From the NCBI GenBank assembly GCA_965221165.1, contig CBDCRP010000003.1, positions 608,001 to 672,000 on the forward strand: DNA of 64,000 bases, read 5' to 3'. The stretch comes from a bacterium. GTDB taxonomy: Bacteria; UBA8248. This document shows, in pieces, positions 1 through 8,665 of the stretch; positions within the stretch are counted from its first letter, which is position 1; each line of letters opens with the position of its first letter. A program made the translations under genes and the position numbers. Under the pieces are notes generated by a model. That model saw only the letters and a program-made list of their open reading frames with translations. It searched no databases and had not been told where the DNA came from.

Positions 1-45
1 TCAAGAAATCAAGCTTTTTCAACACCCCCTCATAGCTGGAGCTTG

Positions 46-184
46 CCGTCATTCCGGCGAAAGCCGGAATCCAAAAAGAGACGAGGTACGCATATTGCGG
101 CATTCCCATTTCTCGATGATCGGGTTGTAAATTACAGTAAAAAAACGAAAGGCAAATGGATTCCGGCTTTCGCCGGAATGACGG
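46..184. repeat. Inverted pair of 28-bp palindromic repeats (RPE/RS3/REP-like, MITE-like element)
   Basis: CCGTCATTCCGGCGAAAGCCGGAATCCA (46-73) is the exact reverse complement of 157-184; each unit is itself a hairpin. Confidence 0.9.
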
Positions 185-328
185 TGAACACTCTCGATTG
201 ATGGAGGTCAACAACCCCTTTACGGGACTTTTTCATCAACTCCCACACAAATCCGACCTGCCCTTGTTCCAGGCCCCCCGAGTCGCTAAGCTGGCGCTTC
301 GTTTCATCACAGGCAAGCAGGGGATCGT

Positions 329-1081
329 TTGATTTTGGACTACACGGCGCATCAATTGTTCGCGTTCGGAATCGCCGCCTTTTTCGTCGGCTTTCTGAAA
401 ACCACCTTCAGCTCCGGGATCGGCATCCTTCTCGTCCCGATCATGATCATGTTCTGGCCCACGCGCTTCATCATCGGCATCGTGGCCGTCATCATGTGGG
501 TAACGGACTTTTTCGCCATCCCCATGTTCTGGAAGCAGTGGGAGAGCCGCTTTCTGCGCTTCCTCGTACCCGGCTTCTATATCGGGATCCTCATCGGCGT
601 CTACTGGCTGGTGAACCTGCCCGATTACTGGCTGAGAAAAGGAATCGGCTTCACCTGCGCCATCTTCGCCTTGCTGCTCTTCTGGCGCGAGGCGCGCGGA
701 GAGATGAAGCCCCCGCCCATCAGCCTCCCTGCGGGGGTGGGCATCGGCGTGGCGGGCGGAATCATCAGCGCCATGTTTCACTCGGGAGGCCTCGTGCTGA
801 GCCTTTTCTTCATCAGCCAAGGAATGTCCAAAACGGCGATAGTGGCGAGCGTCATCGTCGTATGGTTCTGTGTGAACCCATTCAAGGTCGCCTCGCTGTG
901 GTACGGGGGCGTCGTGGAGACACCCATGCTCGTGGCGGGCGCTCTCGCCTTTCCCCTCGCGTGGGCCGGAAGCTGGTGCGGCAAGCAGACGCTCCGTCAA
1001 ATCCCCCAGAAAGGATTCACTTTCATCCTCCTGCTCTTATCCCTCGTCACGGCCCTGCGCCTTCTCCTGGAGTCGAGCTAG
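329..1081 (+). CDS. Sulfite exporter TauE/SafE (TSUP) family protein
   Basis: 250 aa, ~8 TM segments with internal repeat (GFLKTTFSSGIG / GGIISAMFHSGG); TTG start. Confidence 0.8.
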   Translation: MILDYTAHQLFAFGIAAFFVGFLKTTFSSGIGILLVPIMIMFWPTRFIIGIVAVIMWVTDFFAIPMFWKQWESRFLRFLVPGFYIGILIGVYWLVNLPDYWLRKGIGFTCAIFALLLFWREARGEMKPPPISLPAGVGIGVAGGIISAMFHSGGLVLSLFFISQGMSKTAIVASVIVVWFCVNPFKVASLWYGGVVETPMLVAGALAFPLAWAGSWCGKQTLRQIPQKGFTFILLLLSLVTALRLLLESS

Positions 1082-1083
1082 CG

Positions 1084-1830
1084 ATGCCGGATTTCTCCTG
1101 GGTAGAGTGGGGCTTCGTCCTGGCGGCGGCTTTTTGCAACGGTTTTCTGGTGCGCACGTTCGGAGCGGGCGTGGGCCTGGTTATCACCCCCTTCCTCATT
1201 TTCGCATTCTCGCCCTCTTTCTCCTTGGGCCTCATCGCGCTGTTCAGCTGCTGGTCGAGCCTGGGGGCGGCGCCCGATTTCTGGGGAAAGTGGAACCTGC
1301 GCTACGTGTTCCTCCTGGCGCCTGGCATCATTATCGGGCTCGCAGGCGGCGTCTGGCTGCTCACCTGGCTTCCCGGAGCGGGACTTAAAATCCTGATCGG
1401 CGCCATCTGTTTATCCCTCGCCTCCTACCAGGCGCTCGTGGAAATAAGAGGCAGGCCCTTTGAAATTCCCCCCCTGCCCGCGTGGCAGGGCGGGGGCTTC
1501 GGCGTCATGAGTGGCCTTTGCTCCTCGCTCGCCAACAGCGGGGCGATTTTTCTCACACCCGTTCTCATCAGCCAGAAACTGGAAAAAATCACCCTGGTGA
1601 GCACGATATGGGCTCTCTACGCGGTGATGAACCCCATCAAGGTGGTCGCCTTCTGGCAGGTTTCCGTCGTCACGATGGATACCCTCTGGGCGAGCGTGGT
1701 CGGCCTGCCCGTGCTGTGGCTGGGCATCAAGGCCGGCGCATGGGTGCAGGAGAGGCTGAGCGGACGCACGTTCAACCTGTGCGTGCTGAGCATCGCGCTG
1801 GGCGGATCGATACGTCTTTTGCTCGTCTAG
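1084..1830 (+). CDS. Sulfite exporter TauE/SafE (TSUP) family protein
   Basis: Hydrophobic part of ORF 496..1830 from ATG 1084 (MPDFSW); GFLVRTFGAGVG motif; paralogous to the upstream gene. Confidence 0.8.
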   Translation: MPDFSWVEWGFVLAAAFCNGFLVRTFGAGVGLVITPFLIFAFSPSFSLGLIALFSCWSSLGAAPDFWGKWNLRYVFLLAPGIIIGLAGGVWLLTWLPGAGLKILIGAICLSLASYQALVEIRGRPFEIPPLPAWQGGGFGVMSGLCSSLANSGAIFLTPVLISQKLEKITLVSTIWALYAVMNPIKVVAFWQVSVVTMDTLWASVVGLPVLWLGIKAGAWVQERLSGRTFNLCVLSIALGGSIRLLLV

Positions 1831-1891
1831 GACACCTCCGCCGCTCGCGTTCTCGTGCTAAAATACAGAGACATCGCATGGAGGAGGAAAA

Positions 1892-3004
1892 ATGAGCACG
1901 ACCACGCAAACCGCGAAAACGTCCCTGCCGGTTTCTGAAACGAGCCTCGGCATGGTGGACGCCGACATCCACCACGTACCCTCATCCCTGGACGCTCTCA
2001 AGCCCTATCTGCCGATCGAGTGGCGAAACTACGTGGAGGAGACGGATTACACGAAACTGCCGAACGCCCCTTATCCCAAGACGGCGGGCGGCGGCGTTCG
2101 CAAAGACGCCATACCGCCGGACGGCCCGGCGGGTTCTAGCCTCGCCATGCTTCAGGAACAGGTTCTCGACGCCTACGGGGTGCGCTACGCCGTCCTGAAC
2201 GGGGCGTATTACAACGTCTCCTTCATGGGAATCCCCGAGTTCGGCGCGGCTTTGGCGCGCGCGCACAACGACTGGACGGTCGAGCACTGGCTCGAAAAAG
2301 ACGCCCGCCTGCGCGGGTCCATTACGGTCTCGCATCAGGACCCGCAACACGCCGTGGATGAGATAAAGCGCGTCGGCGAGCGCGCCGACATGGCGCAGGT
2401 GCTCTTCCCGGCGGGTTCGCACGCCCCCTACGGCCAGAGAAAATATCACCCCATATACGCGGCGGCCGAAGAACGCGGACTCCCTATCGGCATCCATTTC
2501 GGCGGCTCGGGCGCGGGCAACGCGCCGCCGCCCACGGCTTCGGGCTGGCCCACCTACTACATCGAATGGCACACGGCGATGAGCCAGTGCTTCATGACCC
2601 ACGCCGTGAGCTTCATCTGCGAGGGCGTGTTCGAGTTGTTTCCCCGTCTGAAAATCGTCCTGATCGAGGGCGGCCTCTCCTGGATTCCCGGGCTCCTCTG
2701 GCGTCTGGACAAGAACTACCGGGGCATGCGCGCCGAAGTCCCTTGGCTCAAGAAGCTGCCGAGCGAATATTTTTATGAGCATTTCAGCGTAACGAGCCAG
2801 CCCATCGAGGAACCCGAAAAAGACGAACACCTCCTCCAGATATTCGAGATGGCCCACGCCGATAAAATCCTCCTTTTCGCCACCGACTACCCCCATTGGG
2901 ACTTCGACTCGCCCGTCCACGCCCTGCCCCGCCAGATGGACGCCGAATTGCGCGCGCGCATCATGCGCGACAACGCAATGGCGCTTTACGGGTTCGAGGG
3001 TTAG
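1892..3004 (+). CDS. Amidohydrolase family 2 protein
   Basis: [23 protein letters not shown] motifs; RBS GGAGG. Confidence 0.9.
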   Translation: MSTTTQTAKTSLPVSETSLGMVDADIHHVPSSLDALKPYLPIEWRNYVEETDYTKLPNAPYPKTAGGGVRKDAIPPDGPAGSSLAMLQEQVLDAYGVRYAVLNGAYYNVSFMGIPEFGAALARAHNDWTVEHWLEKDARLRGSITVSHQDPQHAVDEIKRVGERADMAQVLFPAGSHAPYGQRKYHPIYAAAEERGLPIGIHFGGSGAGNAPPPTASGWPTYYIEWHTAMSQCFMTHAVSFICEGVFELFPRLKIVLIEGGLSWIPGLLWRLDKNYRGMRAEVPWLKKLPSEYFYEHFSVTSQPIEEPEKDEHLLQIFEMAHADKILLFATDYPHWDFDSPVHALPRQMDAELRARIMRDNAMALYGFEG

Positions 3005-3108
3005 GGGGGGATTTTGACGGGTGTTAATGGGTGGAATATATTGCGGGGCGGTTCGGGTAAAAGAGCTGCCAATTTAAGTAGTATCTGGTTCGCCTTGGAG
3101 ATAGTACG

Positions 3109-4515
3109 ATGATCCGGCACGTCAACCTCAAGAATTTCAAGGCTTGGCGCGAACTCGACATAGAGTTCGGCCCGAGGATCACCGGTCTGTTCGGAACCAA
3201 CAGTTCGGGCAAGAGCAGCCTCATCCAGTTTCTCCTGATGTTGAAAGAGACCAAGAACAACACGGATCGCAAGCTCGTTCTCGATTTCGGAAAACCCGGC
3301 GGGGTGATCAACCTGGGCGGCTTCGGCGACGTCATCCACCGAATCGACAAAAGCCTGAAACTGGAATGGCGATTGTCCTGGAAAGGGCTGGAAAGGCCCT
3401 GGATCCCATCCGACTCTCACACTGACGAAGATGAGATTCAATTCGACTATAAAGAAGTGTCCATACATTCCGTGGTGGAAATGGCGAATCCTGAAACATC
3501 AAAGTCTCTAAGTGTGCAGTCAATGCGCTACACCATCATAGATGAGGATGATGGACAAGAAACGACATTCGGAATTGGGCCGAACCTGAAGAAAGAAAAT
3601 CTTTTTCGTTTTTTCGATGTGAAGGAAAAAACACCATCTGGCGACGTGTCTTATGGACACGGATACATCGACTCTGGCCCCATTAAAACCCATCTATTTC
3701 CCTCTCAAGTTTACTTTCATACCTTTCCTGAAAAACATGATCAAATAAGAATGCTGGAAGAGGATTACGAAAAACTAATGGATAGAGTTTTTTATCTCGG
3801 CCCTCTTCGAGATTATCCACAACGGGAATACACCTGGAGCGGTGGCAGACCTTATGACGTAGGATTGCGCGGCGAATTGTCGATCAACGCCATCCTCGCC
3901 GCCTCGGAAAAGGGAAAAGCCTATCAAATGGAGAAAGGGAGCAGAAAATGCTCCTTCCAGGAAGTAGTTGCGAGATGGCTCCAGAAAATGGGCCTCATCG
4001 ACTCCTTCTCGGTGGACGAAATCGCCAAGGGTTCCAACATCTATCAAGCCAAAGTGGAGGTAGACAAGGGAAGCCCGGAGGTGCTTTTGACGGACGTGGG
4101 CTTCGGCGTTTCCCAGGTTCTTCCGGCCATCGTCCTGCTCAACCACGTCCCCGAAGGCTCCACGGTCATCTTTGAGCAGCCGGAAATTCACTTACACCCC
4201 GAAGTGCAAAGCGGTTTGGCGGACGCCATGGTCGGCATCGCCGAAACGCGGGACTTGCAGGTGATTGTAGAGAGCCACAGCGAGCACCTGTTGCGACGGC
4301 TCCAGCGGCGGGTGGCGGACGAAACCGTCCGTGCGGACCTGGTGAAGCTCTACTTCGTCTCGCAGGAAAGCGGCGAAGCCCGTCTGACGGACATCGGCCT
4401 GAACGAATACGGAGAGATAGAGAACTGGCCGCCTGATTTCTTCGGCGATGAGATGGAGGAAATCGCGGAAACTAGAAAAGCCGCTATCAAACGCAAGATG
4501 AAAGTCGAGGAATGA
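3109..4515 (+). CDS. ABC/AAA_21-type ATPase with C-terminal DUF3696
   Basis: Walker A GTNSSGKS, signature-like DVGFGVSQ, Walker B EQPEIHLHP, ESHSEH, C-terminal GEIENWPPDFF. Confidence 0.85.
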   Translation: MIRHVNLKNFKAWRELDIEFGPRITGLFGTNSSGKSSLIQFLLMLKETKNNTDRKLVLDFGKPGGVINLGGFGDVIHRIDKSLKLEWRLSWKGLERPWIPSDSHTDEDEIQFDYKEVSIHSVVEMANPETSKSLSVQSMRYTIIDEDDGQETTFGIGPNLKKENLFRFFDVKEKTPSGDVSYGHGYIDSGPIKTHLFPSQVYFHTFPEKHDQIRMLEEDYEKLMDRVFYLGPLRDYPQREYTWSGGRPYDVGLRGELSINAILAASEKGKAYQMEKGSRKCSFQEVVARWLQKMGLIDSFSVDEIAKGSNIYQAKVEVDKGSPEVLLTDVGFGVSQVLPAIVLLNHVPEGSTVIFEQPEIHLHPEVQSGLADAMVGIAETRDLQVIVESHSEHLLRRLQRRVADETVRADLVKLYFVSQESGEARLTDIGLNEYGEIENWPPDFFGDEMEEIAETRKAAIKRKMKVEE

Positions 4516-4991
4516 CGGACAGGATAGTCGTTGATACGAATGTCTTGATAGTGGCGAATGGCAGAGACGACACCCCGGCGGATCTTAAATGTAAACTCGC
4601 GTGTATCGAAACGTTGCAGAGAGCAAAATCAGGGAAACAGGTCGTTCTGCTCGACAAATCCGATCTCATCATGGCCGAATACAGAAAGTATTGCAGTCAT
4701 AAGGGAGAGCCCGACGTTGGGGATATCTTTTTTAAGTTCCTGAATAACTATCAGCATTCAACAAAGAATGTCATTCACATACCAATCCAAAAGACGCCAG
4801 ACGCAGAGGGTGGATTCGCCAACCTTCCTCCGAATGATTTTGACCGGGATGACCGGAAATTTCTGGCCGTCGCAGAGGCCGGAGACGGGCGAGTCGTGAA
4901 CGCCACGGACTCGGACTGGACGGAACACGCCGCTTTCATCGACTCCATCGACGTCCAAGTGCTTGAACTCTGCCCGCAGTGCCTTAAATGA
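4512..4991 (+). CDS. PIN-fold putative nuclease coupled to the ATPase
   Basis: IVVDTNVL N-terminus, DDRKFLAVA, ATDSDW acidic motifs; ATGA overlap with the ATPase. Confidence 0.7.
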   Translation: MTDRIVVDTNVLIVANGRDDTPADLKCKLACIETLQRAKSGKQVVLLDKSDLIMAEYRKYCSHKGEPDVGDIFFKFLNNYQHSTKNVIHIPIQKTPDAEGGFANLPPNDFDRDDRKFLAVAEAGDGRVVNATDSDWTEHAAFIDSIDVQVLELCPQCLK

Positions 4992-5092
4992 GTGTGCCGT
5001 CAACCGAGAAATCTAGGAGCAATAGCCGGAGTGAAATCGTTCGGCGCCAACTGAATATAATCGAGTAGCAATCTGACGAAAGGAATTTAACA

Positions 5093-6052
5093 ATGACGGA
5101 AACACGAGGGCTTGGACGCATCGAAAGGATTGAAGACCTCCGCAAGGCTTGGCCGCACGAGGCCAACGACTTCACGCCTTGGCTCGCGGAGCACATATCA
5201 GAGCTTGGAGACGCCTTGGGATTGGAAATTGAACTGCAAGAACAAGAAGCGTCGGTCGGTTCATTTTCATTGGATCTGTTGGCTCGTGAGTCGGTAACGG
5301 ACCGCACGGTTATCATCGAGAACCAACTGGAGCCGACCAATCATGATCACTTGGGCAAACTGCTCACATACGCAGGCGGCTACGATGCGAACGTGATCGT
5401 CTGGGTGGCGAAGAACTTCAGGGACGAGTACAGGCAAGCCCTCGACTGGCTGAACCAGCGCACCGACGAAGACACGGAGTTCTTCGGTGTAGCGGTCGAA
5501 TTGTGGAAGATCGGCGATTCACTTCCCGCGCCTCACTTCAACGTGCTCTCCGCTCCTAACGAATGGCAACGAGAAACCAAGCACAGTGTCCGAGATGCGA
5601 AGAAGTCGGAGAGGAGCCAGCGTTATCAGGCGTTTTTCCAGAAACTCGCAGACGCCCTCAGTGAGCGGGGACTCACGAATGCACGCAAGGCACTGGCTGA
5701 AAGTTGGTTCTCATTCTCGGCGGGACATGGAGGGCGCGTGCAATACGGCGCCGTTTTCGGACATGGCAACACGGCCAGAGTTGAATTTTATATCCGCCAT
5801 ACGGTTCAGGAGTGGAACAAGGAGCTGTTCGACCGGCTCATGGATCAAAAAGAGGCCATCGAAGCTGAACTTTCAGAATCTCTCGAATGGCAGCGGCTAG
5901 ACGATAAAACGGCGAGCCGCATTTCAGTGCAGCGCCAAGGCAGCATTGACGACGACCAAGAGACACTGGACGAGATAAGAAACTGGATGATTGAAAAACT
6001 TCTGGACTTCAAGCGCGTTTTCGGCCCGAGACTGGATGAATTGGCGACGTAA
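5093..6052 (+). CDS. DUF4268-domain protein with N-terminal PD-(D/E)XK-like (NucS-like) domain
   Basis: EANDFTPWL, SLDLLA..IIENQL..DHLGKLLTY; C-terminal IEAELSESLEWQRL..ASRI. Confidence 0.8.
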   Translation: MTETRGLGRIERIEDLRKAWPHEANDFTPWLAEHISELGDALGLEIELQEQEASVGSFSLDLLARESVTDRTVIIENQLEPTNHDHLGKLLTYAGGYDANVIVWVAKNFRDEYRQALDWLNQRTDEDTEFFGVAVELWKIGDSLPAPHFNVLSAPNEWQRETKHSVRDAKKSERSQRYQAFFQKLADALSERGLTNARKALAESWFSFSAGHGGRVQYGAVFGHGNTARVEFYIRHTVQEWNKELFDRLMDQKEAIEAELSESLEWQRLDDKTASRISVQRQGSIDDDQETLDEIRNWMIEKLLDFKRVFGPRLDELAT

Positions 6053-6182
6053 TCTTGGTTCTTCGTCGCTGAAAATCCCTATTCACAGCTTCAACTCCCC
6101 CCTTGCCCATCGCTCCGAAATGCCGTAGGGCAGAAAAAGAAAATATAATCTACCCTCGAATCGAACCCGAGGAGAAAAGGCG

Positions 6183-6440
6183 ATGGGCTTGAACATCAAG
6201 AACGAAGAAACCTGCAGGCTCGCCGGCGAACTCGCGCACCTGACGGGAGAGACCAAGACGGGCGCCATCACTATCGCGCTGCGCGAACGCCTCGCGCGCG
6301 AAAAACGCCTGCGTGACGCCGACGCCCTGGCCCGGGAGCTTCACGCCATAGGCCGGCGTTGCGCCGGGTTGGTGGGGCCGGGGCCTTCCGCCACCGAGCA
6401 TGGCGATGCGCTCTATGACGAGCGGGGACTACCCGGATGA
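6183..6440 (+). CDS. VapB-type antitoxin (Rv0623-like)
   Basis: MGLNIKNEETCRLAGELA..GETKTGAITIALRERL..LYDERGLP. Confidence 0.85.
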   Translation: MGLNIKNEETCRLAGELAHLTGETKTGAITIALRERLAREKRLRDADALARELHAIGRRCAGLVGPGPSATEHGDALYDERGLPG

Positions 6441-6511
6441 TCGTCGATACTTCGGCGCTCCTGTTCAAGGGCGATGATTTCGCTCGAACCGATATTGATA
6501 TTACACATTAA
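6437..6511 (+). pseudogene. vapC: Internally deleted VapC toxin (24-aa remnant)
   Basis: Translates MIVDTSALLFKGDDFARTDIDITH*: VapC N-terminal motif fused directly to its C-terminal motif; ATGA overlap with the antitoxin. Confidence 0.8.
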
Positions 6512-6521
6512 GTATTATACA

Positions 6522-6534
6522 TAAATAATTGATA
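6522..6534 (-). promoter_or_regulatory. IHF-consensus site in an AT-rich tract
   Basis: TATCAATTATTTA on the minus strand matches WATCAANNNNTTR. Confidence 0.45.
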
Positions 6535-6553
6535 TTAGTTATAATAAACTATT

Positions 6554-7429
6554 TTATTTCGACTCCGAATTCACGAAATATATGCCCGATGAGATGAAAA
6601 CCGCGCCTCCGAGCATGAGCAGCGTCAGCGGTTCCGCGAGCAGCAAGGCGCCCATCAAGACCCCGAACAATGGCGTCAGGAACATGAATACGCCCACGCG
6701 GCTCGCCGGGTAGTCCGTCAGCAGCCACAGCCAGGGGATCATGGCGAAGCCCGTGCCTATCAGGCCGCTATAGCCCACGCCGGTGAGCACGTTCGCATCC
6801 GTGAGGTCGGGCCAGGGCTCGCCCAGAAACGAGGCGATGAGAAAAAACGGGAGCACGGCCAGAACCTGGGTCCAGGCCGTGATTCTGAAGGCGTCGAAAC
6901 TCCTCAGCCTCATTTTCAGGAAAACCGACTGCACCGCCCATATGACGGCCGCCAGGACGACGATGGCGTCCCCGTACCAGGTGGAACCGCCCGCCGAGGA
7001 GAGCTTGTCGCCGAAGAGGAACACCATGCCCAGGCTCGCGGCCATGAAGCCTAAAATCGCGCGAACGCCCACCCTCTCATGGGGCAGAATCCACGCCGCG
7101 AGCGCCGTCAGGAACAAAGGCTGGGAATAGAGGAACAACGAGGCGCGCCCCGCGGTGGTGTTGTCCACGCCGTGATAATAGGTGATGAACATGACGTTGT
7201 GCAGGCAGGCGTTGATCCAGAAATCGCGGCTTTCCCCCGCCCATCCCGGGCGCGGCGGCAGAACCGGCATTTTTCGGATAAACATGATCAGGAAAACGCT
7301 CGACGCCGAGATGATGCCCCGGAGCCATAAAAACGTGAAAGGCTCCACGCCGCGAAGGCCTATCTTGGCCGCCGGGAAACTCAGGCCCCACAGAAATGTG
7401 ACGGTGAAAATCAAAACGAAAAATCGCAA
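6554..7429 (-). CDS. DMT/EamA family transporter
   Basis: LWGLSFPAAK, two EamA repeats, ~10 TM segments. Confidence 0.9.
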   Translation of the reverse strand: MRFFVLIFTVTFLWGLSFPAAKIGLRGVEPFTFLWLRGIISASSVFLIMFIRKMPVLPPRPGWAGESRDFWINACLHNVMFITYYHGVDNTTAGRASLFLYSQPLFLTALAAWILPHERVGVRAILGFMAASLGMVFLFGDKLSSAGGSTWYGDAIVVLAAVIWAVQSVFLKMRLRSFDAFRITAWTQVLAVLPFFLIASFLGEPWPDLTDANVLTGVGYSGLIGTGFAMIPWLWLLTDYPASRVGVFMFLTPLFGVLMGALLLAEPLTLLMLGGAVFISSGIYFVNSESK

Positions 7430-7505
7430 TTCCTGCCTGTTCCTTCAGCAAATCCGCTCAATTCGGGGAATCGAACAGCGGGTGAAATCAGAGGAAAACG
7501 CGCCT

Positions 7506-8129
7506 TTAGCTATCAGATTCTTTTTTCTTGGGAAAAGGCTCCAGGGCCTCCAAATCCACTTTCTGCTCCAGTTCGTCGTGACAGACATCACAGCGCGGCT
7601 GCGCCGTGGCCGCCACCATGAACCCCTTTTCCCTCTCGCCGTCCAGCCGGTGCCCGTTGTGGCACTGCACGCAGTCGGCCTTCAGTTCCGCGTGGTCCGT
7701 GATGGCGTGAAACGCGTCGTCCGCCAATTCCAGGAGACGCTCCTCGTCATGACACTTCACGCAGTCCTTGTCCAGAATGGGATGAAAAACGCGCGAGGGC
7801 TGTTCGTAATCCCCGATGATGAATTTGTACAGATCCTTGTTCGCCAGAATCGTCGTGCGAATCATCCCCGTGATGCCCTCTTCCCCGTGACAGGATATGC
7901 ACCGCACGCCGCCTGCGCTCTTGTGCCATCCGCCGAGCGTCTTCACCACGTTTTTCGCGCGCGCGCCGTCATCGAGGTAATCCTGGTGATCCTGTAAGTG
8001 ACACGCCGTGCAAAAAGGATCGTAGGACTCCACGGCGCGAATGCCGTACAACCCGCCGACCCCGGCCAGGGGGGATAAGACGATGATCAGAATCAACCAT
8101 CTCCACCATCGCCCCCGAGAGCTTCGCAT
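7506..8129 (-). CDS. Membrane-anchored pentaheme c-type cytochrome (NapC/NirT-like N-terminus)
   Basis: N-terminal TM; five CxxCH: CTACH, CISCH, CVKCH, CVQCH, CDVCH. Confidence 0.85.
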   Translation of the reverse strand: MRSSRGRWWRWLILIIVLSPLAGVGGLYGIRAVESYDPFCTACHLQDHQDYLDDGARAKNVVKTLGGWHKSAGGVRCISCHGEEGITGMIRTTILANKDLYKFIIGDYEQPSRVFHPILDKDCVKCHDEERLLELADDAFHAITDHAELKADCVQCHNGHRLDGEREKGFMVAATAQPRCDVCHDELEQKVDLEALEPFPKKKESDS

Positions 8130-8276
8130 TCAGATTCTCCTTGGAGCAAACATGCTAACACCGCCACTCCCCACCCGCCAGGATACGGAACCGCCATCCC
8201 ATCTTCCGCGTTTTAGATCTTCCTCATTATAGCGCGATTTGCTAGGATGGCTCCTGATGACTGGAGGGTCGATCCG

Positions 8277-8639
8277 ATGGCGAGAACAAGATTCAGCGCG
8301 AACAGACGCCGCCCGGGGCGCAGGAGCGCTCCCAAGCCGGCCGCCCCTACCGGAGAAAACGCGAAACAGATCGCCGCGCGCCTCAAATCCTCGGCGAGCG
8401 TGGGCAAGAACGCACAGGATTACAGGCGCAAGTCGCTTGAAATTCACGGCTGGTTCTGCGCGAAATGCGGCCGGGATTTCGATGAGAACAACCTCCACAT
8501 CCTGACGGTGCATCACCGGGACGGGGACCACAAGAACAATCCGCCGGACGGAAGCAACTGGGAGAATCTGTGTGTGGAATGCCACGAGGACGAACACTCC
8601 CGCGACATGCTTGGCCGTTACCTGAGCGATGATCGCTAA
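8277..8639 (+). CDS. YajD-family HNH nuclease
   Basis: CAKCG..LTVHHRDGDHKNNPPDGSNWENLCVECH; RBS GGAGG before ATG 8277. Confidence 0.85.
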   Translation: MARTRFSANRRRPGRRSAPKPAAPTGENAKQIAARLKSSASVGKNAQDYRRKSLEIHGWFCAKCGRDFDENNLHILTVHHRDGDHKNNPPDGSNWENLCVECHEDEHSRDMLGRYLSDDR

Positions 8640-8665
8640 AAACCCCATCTAATACGCTGATCACT

